In this document: positions 34,721-44,253 of the stretch, piece by piece
Position numbering within the stretch: the first letter of the stretch is position 1
Layout: each line of letters starts with the position of its first letter
The notes under the pieces: model-generated
Database searches by the model: none
Told to the model about the DNA's origin: nothing
Seen by the model: only the letters and a program-made list of their open reading frames with translations
Program-made: the position numbers and the translations under genes
Assembly (NCBI GenBank): GCA_965261735.1
Contig: OZ253470.1
Location: 1,184,001-1,248,000 of the forward strand
Length of the DNA: 64,000 nucleotides
DNA from: Alphaproteobacteria bacterium
Lineage (GTDB): Bacteria; Pseudomonadota; Alphaproteobacteria; SHVV01
Reading direction: 5' to 3'

Positions 34721-37537
34721 ATGCTCGACATAGCGATCCCAATCCTCATCTTCGCGATCATTGTCATCGCCATCCTGTATGTCGTCTCAATCTGGATTTA
34801 CAAGCGTTCGCCCACCAACATGGCATTCATCCGCACCGGTTTCCTGGGCACCAAGGTATGCCTGGGCCGGGGCGCTCTGGTGTTTCCGGTTTTCCACGAG
34901 GTCACTTGGGTTTCCCTGGAGACGATCAAACTCATCGTAAGCCGCGCCCGTGAGCAGGGCGTTCTCACAGCCGACAAGATCCGCATCGACGTCGGCGCCG
35001 AGCTCTACGCCCATGTCGGCCACACGCCCGAGGCCATTCTCACGGCGAGCCGGAGTTTGGGCGAGAAGACATTCGACGCCGAGAAGGTACGCAACCTGCT
35101 CGAGGCCAAGGTCGTCAGCGCGCTCAGGAGCTACGCGGCGACCAAGACCCTTAGCGAGCTGCACGAAAACCGGGACGCCTTTGCCCGCGAAATCAAAGCT
35201 AGTGTGACGGAGAGCTTTGAGGCCAATGGCCTCACGCTTGAGGAAGTGACGATCGTCACCATGGAGCAAACGCCAAAGGAGTACTTCAAGACCGACAACG
35301 TGTTCGACGCCGAGGGGCTCAAGATCATCACGGAAATCACTTCCGATGCCCGTAGAGAGGTCCACGACACCGAGAAGCGCACGACCGTGTCCATCCGCCA
35401 GAAGGACCTGGACACGCAACTCGAGCTCCTCGAAATCGAACGGCAGGAGGCCGTCGCCCGGGCGGGCCAGGACAAGGCAGTATCCAACGAGCAGGCGCTT
35501 CAGCTCGGCCAAAAGCAGATCTACGTTCTCGACCAGCGCAAAGCCGTCGAGGAAAAGGAGATCGAGAACGAGAAAGCGCTGGAGCGCATGCGGACCGATC
35601 GCGATCTGATCATCACCGAAGAGGCGAAGAAGCGCGAGGCTTCCGAGATCCAAAAAGAGTTGGCACTAGAGCAGGAGCGCAAGGACCGGGAGATTGCGAT
35701 TATCGCCAAGGCGAGGGAAGAAGAGCTGGCCAACATCGCACGCAATCTAGCTCTCGAGCAGGCTGAGAAAGATCGCCAAATCGCCTTGATCGCCAAGGCG
35801 AAGCAGGAGGAATTGGCCGATATCGAGCGAGCGCTGGCACGCGATCGGGCCGCGAAAAACAGCGAAATCGAGCTCATCGCCACGGATCAGGAACGCCAGC
35901 AGACTGAGATTCAGCGTGCCACGGCGGTTATGGCCGAGGAGGAGGCGGCACGCGATCGGCGCCATCAGGCTGGTGAGGAGGCCGCCATATCCATGCGCAG
36001 GCGTAGCCTCCAGACCCGCCTCAGCACGCTTGACCTGGACAAGGACGAGGCGTTCGCCGAAGCCCGCCAGGAGCAAGAGGTGTCCAACGAAAAGGCGCGC
36101 GTACTCAGCGAACAACAGCGCTTCATCCTCGAGCAGCGTTGGCAAGTCGAAGAAGAAGAGATCAACAAGGCGCGGGCGGTCGAGGCCGCCGAAATCCACA
36201 AGGAAGCCGGAATTATCGAAACCATGAAAACACGCGAGGCCGCCGAGGTGCGCCGTGCCCTGGCCCGCGAGCAGGAGGAAAGGGACCGTGAGATCGCGCT
36301 GGTCGCCAAGTCGCAGGAGCTCGAACAGGCGGAAATCCGCCGCAAGTTGGCGGGCGAACAGGAAGATCGCGACCGCCAGCTCGCCCTTGTCGCCAAGGAG
36401 GAAGAGCTGCGACGTGCCGAGGTGAGGCAGGCCCTGGCGGTCGAGCTCGAGGAACGAGCCCGCGAGATCACGCTCATTGGCAAGGAACAGGAGCGCGAAA
36501 TAGCGGATATCGGTCGCTTTCTGGCGCGCGAAAAGGAGGAACGCGACCGCGAGATCGCGTTGGCCGAAAAAACTCGGCAGCTGGAGGAAGCGGAGATCAA
36601 GCGCCTGGAGGCCTCCGCAAAGAGGGAGCGGGCCCAGCACAACGTGGAATCGGTGAGCCTCCTCGCCGACGCCGAGCGCACCAAGAACATCGAACGCGTC
36701 GAAGCCGAAAGGTTGGCTGAAAGCCGTCGGATCGACGAGGAAAATAAGGCCCAGATCAACCGCATGCACATGCTGGCTCAAGCCGAGACGCGGAAGCTGT
36801 CGGCTGAGCAGGAATCCGATGCGACGCTCATCAGAGCTCGCGCTACGAGCGAGGCCCAGAAGATTACCGCCGAGGGGATCGAGAAGGAGGCGGGGGCCAC
36901 AGGCCGGGCCGAAATGGAGATCGAAGCGCTGCGTGCCGCCAACGCCCGGCGCATGCTCGAGGCCGAGGCTTCAGGCCTTGAAGCCAAGGCGGTCGCGCTG
37001 AAGAAGTACAACGAGTCCGGGGCCTTCCTGGAATTGGCAAAGATGCGTATCGAGGCCGAGCGCGACATCCACATCGATCAGGCCAAGGCCATGGGGAGCG
37101 CCCTGCAGGGTGCGCAAATCCGCATGTATGGCGGCGAGAATGGCACCGTCGATACCATTCGCAGCATGTTTACCTCTGGGTTCGCGCTCGGCGAGGTTCT
37201 GGAGGGGGTGGCGCAGTCCTTACCCGAGGGCTTGCGCGGGCGATTCAAGGACAACGGCCTCAGGGGTCTTTTCGGCAAGCCGTACGGGACCAGCGATTTC
37301 AAGCATTCCATCGAGGACTTGAGCAAGCTGGTCCAGAAGAGCTTGCGTACGCGCAAAGACAAGGAGATCCCCTTCGCGGAAGCCGTGACCATTTTGCAGG
37401 AAAAGGCCGGCGGGGATGACGGCCAGGCGAAAGCGGTCGGCCTTCTCAAGGAGATGAACGAACAGGGGCAATTCGACGACCTTTCCTTTGACAAGGTGTG
37501 GGCGCTTATAAGAGCCGCGGCAAAGTCGGCGGACTGA
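34721..37537 (+). CDS. Very long flotillin/YqiK-like SPFH protein (938 aa)
   Basis: N-terminal TM, AFIRTG.LG.KV...PVFHE, LT.DKIRIDV, ALRS.AA...L.ELH..R..F, NGL.LE.V, N.FDAEGL..IT; long E/R/A/K helical region; IRMYGG flotillin C-domain. Confidence 0.9.
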   Translation: MLDIAIPILIFAIIVIAILYVVSIWIYKRSPTNMAFIRTGFLGTKVCLGRGALVFPVFHEVTWVSLETIKLIVSRAREQGVLTADKIRIDVGAELYAHVGHTPEAILTASRSLGEKTFDAEKVRNLLEAKVVSALRSYAATKTLSELHENRDAFAREIKASVTESFEANGLTLEEVTIVTMEQTPKEYFKTDNVFDAEGLKIITEITSDARREVHDTEKRTTVSIRQKDLDTQLELLEIERQEAVARAGQDKAVSNEQALQLGQKQIYVLDQRKAVEEKEIENEKALERMRTDRDLIITEEAKKREASEIQKELALEQERKDREIAIIAKAREEELANIARNLALEQAEKDRQIALIAKAKQEELADIERALARDRAAKNSEIELIATDQERQQTEIQRATAVMAEEEAARDRRHQAGEEAAISMRRRSLQTRLSTLDLDKDEAFAEARQEQEVSNEKARVLSEQQRFILEQRWQVEEEEINKARAVEAAEIHKEAGIIETMKTREAAEVRRALAREQEERDREIALVAKSQELEQAEIRRKLAGEQEDRDRQLALVAKEEELRRAEVRQALAVELEERAREITLIGKEQEREIADIGRFLAREKEERDREIALAEKTRQLEEAEIKRLEASAKRERAQHNVESVSLLADAERTKNIERVEAERLAESRRIDEENKAQINRMHMLAQAETRKLSAEQESDATLIRARATSEAQKITAEGIEKEAGATGRAEMEIEALRAANARRMLEAEASGLEAKAVALKKYNESGAFLELAKMRIEAERDIHIDQAKAMGSALQGAQIRMYGGENGTVDTIRSMFTSGFALGEVLEGVAQSLPEGLRGRFKDNGLRGLFGKPYGTSDFKHSIEDLSKLVQKSLRTRKDKEIPFAEAVTILQEKAGGDDGQAKAVGLLKEMNEQGQFDDLSFDKVWALIRAAAKSAD
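35660..35920 (+). repeat. 29-aa (87-nt) degenerate repeat block 1 in the SPFH protein, 3 units
   Basis: LALEQERKDREIAIIAKAREEELANIARN / LALEQAEKDRQIALIAKAKQEELADIERA / LARDRAAKNSEIELIATDQERQQTEIQRA. Confidence 0.85.
36260..36607 (+). repeat. 29-aa degenerate repeat block 2 in the SPFH protein, 4 units
   Basis: LAREQEERDREIALVAKSQELEQAEIRRK / LAGEQEDRDRQLALVAKEEELRRAEVRQA / LAVELEERAREITLIGKEQEREIADIGRF / LAREKEERDREIALAEKTRQLEEAEIKRL. Confidence 0.88.
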
Positions 37538-37557
37538 GCCGGCGCTCGGGACAGGGC

Positions 37558-38640
37558 ATGACGCAGCACGACGTCGTTCTGAAAGGCGTGGACAAGACCT
37601 TCGTGGGCGACGTTCGTGCCGTGATCGACTTCAATGCCGAGATCGAGCACGGCGAGTTCGTAGCCATGCTCGGGCCGAGCGGCTGCGGCAAGACCACCAT
37701 GCTGCGCCTGATCGGCGGGCTCGAAGAGGTGACCGCGGGACGCATCTACATCTCCGAGCAAGACGTGACGGACCTGCCGCCGTCGCAGCGCGACACCGCG
37801 ATGATGTTTCAGAGCTTCGCGCTCTTCCCGCACCGCACGGTGCTGCAGAATGTTGAGTTCAGTCTCAAGACCAAGGGGCTGCCGAAAGACGAGCGCGCGC
37901 GCCACGTGTGGGAGATGCTCGAATTGGTGAGCCTCGCCGAGCTCGCCAACCGCTATCCCCGTGATCTGAGCGGAGGGCAACAGCAGCGCGTCGCCCTGGG
38001 CAGGGCTTTGATCGCCAGACCGACCGTACTTCTACTCGATGAGCCGCTCGGCTCTCTCGACTACAGCCTGCGCCAAGCCATGATGGTCGAGCTCAAGAAG
38101 ATTCAGCGCGAGCTGGGAATCACCTTCATCATGGTCACCCACTCCCAGCAGGAAGCGTTGTCCATGGCGGACAAGGTGATCGTAATGAGCGATGCCGTGA
38201 TTCAGCAGATCGGCACGTCGCGGGAAATCTACGAGCACCCGCGAACCAAGTTCGTGGCCGAATTCGTCGGCAACAACAACTTGTTCCAGGGGACCGTCCG
38301 ATCGCGCAGCGGTTCCATCGTGTTCGTGGAAACCAATGGCCACTTGTTCTACGTGAGAATCCCCGAGCACATGCGCCAGGTGCCGATCGGCAAGGAAGCG
38401 TACTTCTCGGTGCGAGCCGACCGCATGCACACGGGCGAACAACCGGCCATGGCCAATCGGATCGAAGGCGAGTACGTCACCACCGAATTCATGGGCTCGC
38501 TGGAGACCGACGTTTTCGAGATCGCGCCCAGGATTTTCGTCCACGTCGAGCAGCACCGTAGCGCGTCGGATCGCGACTACAACATGGGGGACCGCGAAAC
38601 CATCTGCTGGGCGGCCGATGCGGGGGTGCTGCTCGACTAG
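37558..38640 (+). CDS. ABC transporter ATP-binding protein (PotA-like)
   Basis: GPSGCGKTT, LSGGQQQRVALGRAL, LLLDEP, VTH; TOBE-like C-terminus. Confidence 0.93.
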   Translation: MTQHDVVLKGVDKTFVGDVRAVIDFNAEIEHGEFVAMLGPSGCGKTTMLRLIGGLEEVTAGRIYISEQDVTDLPPSQRDTAMMFQSFALFPHRTVLQNVEFSLKTKGLPKDERARHVWEMLELVSLAELANRYPRDLSGGQQQRVALGRALIARPTVLLLDEPLGSLDYSLRQAMMVELKKIQRELGITFIMVTHSQQEALSMADKVIVMSDAVIQQIGTSREIYEHPRTKFVAEFVGNNNLFQGTVRSRSGSIVFVETNGHLFYVRIPEHMRQVPIGKEAYFSVRADRMHTGEQPAMANRIEGEYVTTEFMGSLETDVFEIAPRIFVHVEQHRSASDRDYNMGDRETICWAADAGVLLD

Positions 38641-38652
38641 GAACCTCGATCG

Positions 38653-39480
38653 CTATCGCGAGCGGCGATAGAGGATGGTGTAGATCGCGACGAACAGAGC
38701 GATCATGGACAACGAAAAAAGCGTCGAGGCGGTGCCGAGCGCAAACAGCGTCGGCCGGATGCGCTGGGCCGTGGCGGCGTTGATGTCGAGCGGCAGTGTG
38801 TTGTACTGGCCCGAGAGCAGAGTCGTGCGCGCGAACTCGTCGTAGGAAAGCGTAAAGCCAAAGAGAGCAGCCGCCACGATGCCAGGCATAATCAGCGGCA
38901 GCGTCACCTCCCTGAACACGGTCCATTCGCTGGCGCCCATGTCGCGGGCCGCCTCCTCGACACTCTCATCGAAGCGGTTGAAAACCGCCATCATGACCAG
39001 GAACCCGAACGGCAGCGTCCACACCACGTGGACGCCCAAACCCGAGGACCACCACGCCGGTGCAATCGCCACCTGCTTCAGCAGGGTCGCGAGCCCGAGA
39101 CTGAGCAGGATCCCCGGCACCATGAGGCCCGCCAAGATCGTGTAGAACAAGAGGCCCGAGCCTGGGAACGGTTTGCGAAATGCCATCGCCAACATGGTGG
39201 AGAACAGGGCGGTGACGACCATCACGATCAGCGCCAGAATCAACGAGCGCAGCAACGCCCCCTGCATGTCGCCGACCACCGAGGGCTCAATCAGCTTGTT
39301 CCACCAGTACAGGCTGACGCCGCGCATGGGAAAGCTCACGCCCCCTCGGCGCCCCTGGAACGAAAGGATGAACATGGCGATCATCGGCCCATAGATGAAG
39401 AGGAGGAACAGGATGTAGTAGGCGCTGAAACCGGTCTTGATCCAGGCCTTCTTTCTCCTTTCCGGGGTCGAGCGAGCCAC
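38653..39480 (-). CDS. ABC transporter permease (PotC-like)
   Basis: EEAARDMGA loop, FTLSYDEF; multiple TM segments. Confidence 0.92.
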   Translation of the reverse strand: MARSTPERRKKAWIKTGFSAYYILFLLFIYGPMIAMFILSFQGRRGGVSFPMRGVSLYWWNKLIEPSVVGDMQGALLRSLILALIVMVVTALFSTMLAMAFRKPFPGSGLLFYTILAGLMVPGILLSLGLATLLKQVAIAPAWWSSGLGVHVVWTLPFGFLVMMAVFNRFDESVEEAARDMGASEWTVFREVTLPLIMPGIVAAALFGFTLSYDEFARTTLLSGQYNTLPLDINAATAQRIRPTLFALGTASTLFSLSMIALFVAIYTILYRRSR

Positions 39481-39481
39481 C

Positions 39482-40462
39482 TCAAAGCTCCTTGCGAATG
39501 TCGACCAGCCTCAGGATGATGACCACGCCGATCATCATGGCGAGCATCAGCATGAGGGCGTTTACCGCGGCGAAGGGATAGTTCGCTATACCGTAATAGT
39601 TCAGGATCACCGTCCCCGCTGTGCTGGTTTTTCCGCCGTACACCACAACCGCGGTCGCGAACTCCCCCATGATCAGCACGAAGATGAAGATCATTCCGAT
39701 GGCCACCCCCGGGAGTGAGAGCGGGCCGATGATCTCGCGGAAAATCTGGAACGGTTTGGCGCCCATATCGCGCGCCGCCTCGAGGATCGTCTTTTCGATT
39801 TTCGCCAGCGAGAAAAAGATGGGTCCGACGCACAGCACAACGTAGAGCTGCACCAACGCCATCGTGTAACTGAACTGCGAATACAGCAGGAACTCGACGG
39901 GCTTGTCGATGATGCCCATGTCGAGCAAGGCCCTGTTGAGCAGGCCGCGCCGCCCCAGCATGGGCAGCCAGGCCACGGCGCGGATCAGGTAGCTGGTCCA
40001 GAACGGCACCATGCAAAACAGAAACAGCGTGATCTGCCACTTGAAGCTCTTCACCTGCATGGCGAGGAAATAGGCGATCGGGTATCCAAACAGCAGACAG
40101 AAGAGCATCACGACAATGGTGAATTTGAAAGTCGTCCAGAGAGTCCGGACAAAGATGCCTGGGGTCAGAAACCCAACGGAGGAGGGATCGAGGAATCCCT
40201 CGACGGTGAAGTAGTCCGCGTAGTGGCGGAGGGTCAGATCGGGCTCCATGCCGTGGCCCGTGGACTTCCAAAAGCTGAAAACAACGATGCTGGCCAAGGG
40301 CACAACCAGGAACAGCAGCAGCCAGACGACGGCGGGCGTAATCAGCCAGCCCACGGGGAACCCAGCCTGTCGCCAGGTTTTCGCGGCCCGGGCCTCTGTT
40401 TCCGGCGCCGTCGGCTGGCTGCCGATCAGCCCTGAGTGGTGCGCATGCTCGGCTTGCTGCAT
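39482..40462 (-). CDS. ABC transporter permease (PotB-like)
   Basis: VPFWTSYLIR, LEAARDMGA, PLSLPGV; start approximate. Confidence 0.92.
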   Translation of the reverse strand: MQQAEHAHHSGLIGSQPTAPETEARAAKTWRQAGFPVGWLITPAVVWLLLFLVVPLASIVVFSFWKSTGHGMEPDLTLRHYADYFTVEGFLDPSSVGFLTPGIFVRTLWTTFKFTIVVMLFCLLFGYPIAYFLAMQVKSFKWQITLFLFCMVPFWTSYLIRAVAWLPMLGRRGLLNRALLDMGIIDKPVEFLLYSQFSYTMALVQLYVVLCVGPIFFSLAKIEKTILEAARDMGAKPFQIFREIIGPLSLPGVAIGMIFIFVLIMGEFATAVVVYGGKTSTAGTVILNYYGIANYPFAAVNALMLMLAMMIGVVIILRLVDIRKEL

Positions 40463-40494
40463 ACCAGTCAAGATTCAAAAGGCACGGAAGGACT

Positions 40495-40529
40495 AGGACC
40501 GGGCAAACCGGTGGGATTTGCCCGGTCCT
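40495..40529. other. 13-bp perfect hairpin between the SBP and permease genes (probable mRNA-stabilising or attenuating element)
   Basis: AGGACCGGGCAAA-N9-TTTGCCCGGTCCT. Confidence 0.6.
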
Positions 40530-40640
40530 TGGGGAGACGGCAGATCCCTGGGGACGCCACCGGTTCTCTAGGCGGGCGCGGCCGAAGCCGCCCGCACCCG
40601 CCACGACTACCGGGCCATCGGTCCGGCAACAAACATCGGA

Positions 40641-41945
40641 TCAGGCCGCCAGAAACTCCGTCCAGCGCTTTACCAGATAATCGTTCTCGTCCATCAACGA
40701 GTTCCACACGGCGATATTGCTGAAGCGGTCCTGGTAGGAGCCGCCATCGCGGATTTCTCCCTTGGGCACAATGACGGTCCCGAACGGATCGGACAGTTCT
40801 TTGGCGGCGGGTTTCCCGTCGTACCAGTAATCCCACTCCTCGGGTTCCAAGTTCTTCCTCACTGGATCCAGCACCGACATGTAGTACGCCTGACGGGCCA
40901 CAAAGGCGCCCGGCCAGCCGCTCAGCCACCAGTTGATGTATTCGTATGCCGCGTCGAGCTTCGCACCCGTGGCCTTGGCGGAAATGGCCAAGCCGCCATG
41001 CCAGCCGCGCATGCCTTCTTTCGGCGAGGCGTAGATGCATTTTACGCCCTCCGCCTTGATGGCCGTCACCGCCGGAGACCACATGCTTTCAAGAGCCACC
41101 TCGCCGCTCACCATCAGGTTGACCGATTGGCCGAAGCTCTCCCAGAATGCCCGGAAGTGACCCTCCTTTTTCTTCTTGATCAGGAAATCGGCCATGAAAT
41201 CGATCTCCTCCTTGGTCATGTTGCCCTTGTCGCCAAATGTGCGCAGGCCCAGCGCCTCGATCCCCATGGCCGCGTCCATGACACCGATCTGGGGTACGTT
41301 CAAGAGCGCTACGCGACCCTTGAAATCCGGGCTGAACAACTCGGCCCAGGATTCGATTTTCCGCCCGGTCTCATCGGGGTTGTAGCCAATCGAATCCGCG
41401 TTGTGCCAGGCCGGGACCATGGATACGTAACGCGACGGTCCCTGCACCCGATTACCGTCCTCGTCGAGCCAAAGGTGGCGGAACGGGGCGTCGCCCTGCC
41501 CGAGGTTCGAGCTGGGGGTCAGCTTACCGGTCTTTGACAGGTTGGTGACGTTGTCCCACTCCTTGATCCGCCGTGTGTCAATGGGCTGCCACACCTTGGC
41601 TGGAATCATAAAGTCCATATCGTTGTAGTAGCCCTCGGCCACATCATACTGGTCGTTCTGGTTCAGCAATTTGGCCACAAAGGGGCCGTAAACCAGCGCC
41701 TGGCCGCGAACGGCGAAGCCAAGATCCTTCGAGGCTTGGCTCTGGATCTCATTGATGATGCTGACGGCGAGGCCAACGGTGCGTACCGTTTCAGCCCCTT
41801 GGGCGATATGCGGGAAACCGCTGACGAGCGCCCCTGCCGCAACCGCGGTGGCAGTGGTGCCGATAAACTCGCGACGACTTACGCCCTTTTTGGGGGCGCG
41901 CTTCTTTCGATGAGTCTGGCCTGATTTCGCTTTATGCTCGGCCAT
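40641..41945 (-). CDS. ABC transporter substrate-binding protein (PotD/PotF-like), Tat-exported
   Basis: SRREFIG twin-arginine signal; SWAELF...KGRVAL, PKEG..GW, AAYEYINWWL; GGAGG RBS. Confidence 0.9.
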   Translation of the reverse strand: MAEHKAKSGQTHRKKRAPKKGVSRREFIGTTATAVAAGALVSGFPHIAQGAETVRTVGLAVSIINEIQSQASKDLGFAVRGQALVYGPFVAKLLNQNDQYDVAEGYYNDMDFMIPAKVWQPIDTRRIKEWDNVTNLSKTGKLTPSSNLGQGDAPFRHLWLDEDGNRVQGPSRYVSMVPAWHNADSIGYNPDETGRKIESWAELFSPDFKGRVALLNVPQIGVMDAAMGIEALGLRTFGDKGNMTKEEIDFMADFLIKKKKEGHFRAFWESFGQSVNLMVSGEVALESMWSPAVTAIKAEGVKCIYASPKEGMRGWHGGLAISAKATGAKLDAAYEYINWWLSGWPGAFVARQAYYMSVLDPVRKNLEPEEWDYWYDGKPAAKELSDPFGTVIVPKGEIRDGGSYQDRFSNIAVWNSLMDENDYLVKRWTEFLAA

Positions 41946-42160
41946 CGATTCTCTCCTCCCGTTGACAACGTGGGTTCCTGTAGAGACGCCCGTTGAAGCT
42001 TGAATAAATCCTAGGGAAGCCGCCTCCAAGAGTCCATCCAAACATCATCGCCGGCGCCAGCAGCGCAGCCGTCAAAGCCTTTGCCTCGCCGCGATAGCCG
42101 CGCGCATACTGGCCGCCGGTCGAGCGCTAGATCGAGGCCGAGACTGCCCGGGAGGATGTC

Positions 42161-43627
42161 GTGACCGTATTGATCAAGAACGGCCGTATTGTGACCGCCG
42201 TCGATGACTACCACGCCGATATTTTTGTCAACGGCTCCACGGTTACCGTGATCGGGAAGAACCTGAACATCGAAGCGGATCGGGTGATCGACGCCTCGGG
42301 GAAGCTCGTCATTCCCGGCGGGGTCGACCCGCACACCCATCTCGACCTACCGTTCGGCGGAACCACGACCTCCGACGACTTCGAGACCGGGACGCGCGCC
42401 GCGGCCTTTGGCGGAACCACGTGCCTCGTGGATTTCGCCGTGCAGTTGAAGGGTACCTCGACGCTGGAGGCGCTCGAGAAATGGCACGAGAAGGCCGCCG
42501 GCAAGACCGCCATCGATTATGGCTTTCACATGATCATCACCGACATGCCGACCCATCGTACGCCAGAAATGAGGCGTCTCGCGGACGAGGGAATCACTAG
42601 CTACAAGCTGTTCATGGCCTATCCCGGTGCCATGCTGTCCGACGACGGCACCATCTTCCGCACGATGCGCAAGGCCGGTGAGGACGGAACCCTCGTGTGC
42701 ATGCACGCCGAGAATGGAATCGTCATCGACGAGCTCGTCAAGATCGCTCTCGCCGAAGGCCACATCGAACCCAAATATCACGCCTTGACCCGGCCGACCC
42801 GTCTCGAGGCCGAGGGAACGCACCGGGCGCTCGCCATCGCCGAGGTCGCGCGCTCGCCCGTCTACATCGTGCACATGAGTTGCCACGATTCGCTCCATGA
42901 GCTTCGCCAAGCCCAGGCCCGCGGGGTCATGGCCCACGGCGAGACCTGCCCGCAATACCTCCTGCTCGACGTCGGCGCCTATGACGAGCCGGGATTCGAC
43001 GGTGCCAAGTACGTGCTGACCCCGCCGCTGCGAGAAAAGTGGAACCAGGACGAACTATGGCGGGGTCTGCGCGGCAACGCCCTCAACGTCATTTCGACCG
43101 ACCATTGTCCGTTCTGCCTACGCGAGCAGAAGGAGCTCGGGCGCGACGATTTCAGCAAGATCCCGAATGGCGGCCCGGGCATCGAAAACCGGATGAGCCT
43201 CATCTATCACCATGGCGTCGGAGCCGGCCGCATCGGCCTCAATCGCTTCGTCGAGCTCACCTCGACCGCCCCGGCCAAGATCTTCGGCCTCTTCCCGAAG
43301 AAGGGAACACTGGCCGTCGGCAGCGACGCCGATATCGTGATCTTCGATCCCGACCGCGAGGAGACGATCAGCTATTACAATGCGGCCACCCACCACATGA
43401 ACATCGATTACAGCGCCTACGAGGGCTTTAAGGTCAAGGGCTACACGGAGACCGTGCTGAGCCGCGGCAAGGTCATCATCGACAAAGGCGAGTATTTGGG
43501 TCGACCGGGAGACGGCATGTTCGTCAAGCGAGGGCCCTACGGCGGCATGTACGCCGCCGCACCGGGTATGGGTGCGCCGCCGGCCGACTCGCGGTGGGAC
43601 ACCAGCGGGCCATCGCGCGCCGCCTGA
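42161..43627 (+). CDS. hydA: Dihydropyrimidinase / D-hydantoinase
   Basis: PGGVDPHTH, GGTT..DF, SYKLFMAY, MHAENG, YIVH, GETCPQYL, TDHCPF, IPNGGPG.E.R; GGAGG RBS. Confidence 0.93.
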   Translation: MTVLIKNGRIVTAVDDYHADIFVNGSTVTVIGKNLNIEADRVIDASGKLVIPGGVDPHTHLDLPFGGTTTSDDFETGTRAAAFGGTTCLVDFAVQLKGTSTLEALEKWHEKAAGKTAIDYGFHMIITDMPTHRTPEMRRLADEGITSYKLFMAYPGAMLSDDGTIFRTMRKAGEDGTLVCMHAENGIVIDELVKIALAEGHIEPKYHALTRPTRLEAEGTHRALAIAEVARSPVYIVHMSCHDSLHELRQAQARGVMAHGETCPQYLLLDVGAYDEPGFDGAKYVLTPPLREKWNQDELWRGLRGNALNVISTDHCPFCLREQKELGRDDFSKIPNGGPGIENRMSLIYHHGVGAGRIGLNRFVELTSTAPAKIFGLFPKKGTLAVGSDADIVIFDPDREETISYYNAATHHMNIDYSAYEGFKVKGYTETVLSRGKVIIDKGEYLGRPGDGMFVKRGPYGGMYAAAPGMGAPPADSRWDTSGPSRAA

Positions 43628-43636
43628 GCGGCGGGC

Positions 43637-44104
43637 TCAGGGTTGCTGCGTGGCGGGACGGATGATCTTAAGCAGCCAAAAAATGATGCAAAACACGCCG
43701 GTCAGGATCACCAGCGCGGCGACGGCGCCAAGGCGCTCGCCGAACCCCGCATCGAGGGCGTACTCCTGCCGCAGAAGATGGACGCAGAGGATTTGAACCG
43801 CCTGCAGTGTCGCGCCGCCACTCAGTAGGATCGCGACGAAGGTGGAGCCCCGTAGCGAACTCAGCACCATGGATTCGATGCTGCGCTGCTGCACGATGTG
43901 GACGCGGTAGGCGTGCCAGTGATAGGTACAAAACCCGATGATGCCGATGATCAACGCGACCCAGAAGATCGCATTCTCGAACCTTATTCCATAGACGACC
44001 AGCTTGAACAAGTCCTCAAAGGGCTCGTAAAAATAGAGAAACATCAAGACAACAATGAAAAGCAGGAAGCCCACGAGCGTCCAAAACCATTGCCACCCAG
44101 TCAT
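43637..44104 (-). CDS. Hypothetical 4-TM membrane protein (paralog of 29389-29916)
   Basis: Shared FLYFYxPFED, FxNxIFW, GGATLQAV, DAGFG. Confidence 0.82.
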   Translation of the reverse strand: MTGWQWFWTLVGFLLFIVVLMFLYFYEPFEDLFKLVVYGIRFENAIFWVALIIGIIGFCTYHWHAYRVHIVQQRSIESMVLSSLRGSTFVAILLSGGATLQAVQILCVHLLRQEYALDAGFGERLGAVAALVILTGVFCIIFWLLKIIRPATQQP

Positions 44105-44253
44105 TGGCCCACCAGCTCGTGGTTCTTCAGGGTAGGGTACGGGTCAAAGGGCAATAAAAGCTCCCACAGCCTTATATCCGATTGCTCTCGCCGAGGGCAA
44201 GCCCCGCCTCGACGACTCTCAGGCTCTATTCGCGCGCGCCCGGCGGGGTCCAC

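Noticed and set aside
37440-37510. SPFH C-terminal LLKEMNEQGQFDDLSFDKVW resembling the leader (LLKANKAQFDSVF)
   Set aside because: Alignment needs gaps and rests on few residues; cannot be told from chance without a profile search.
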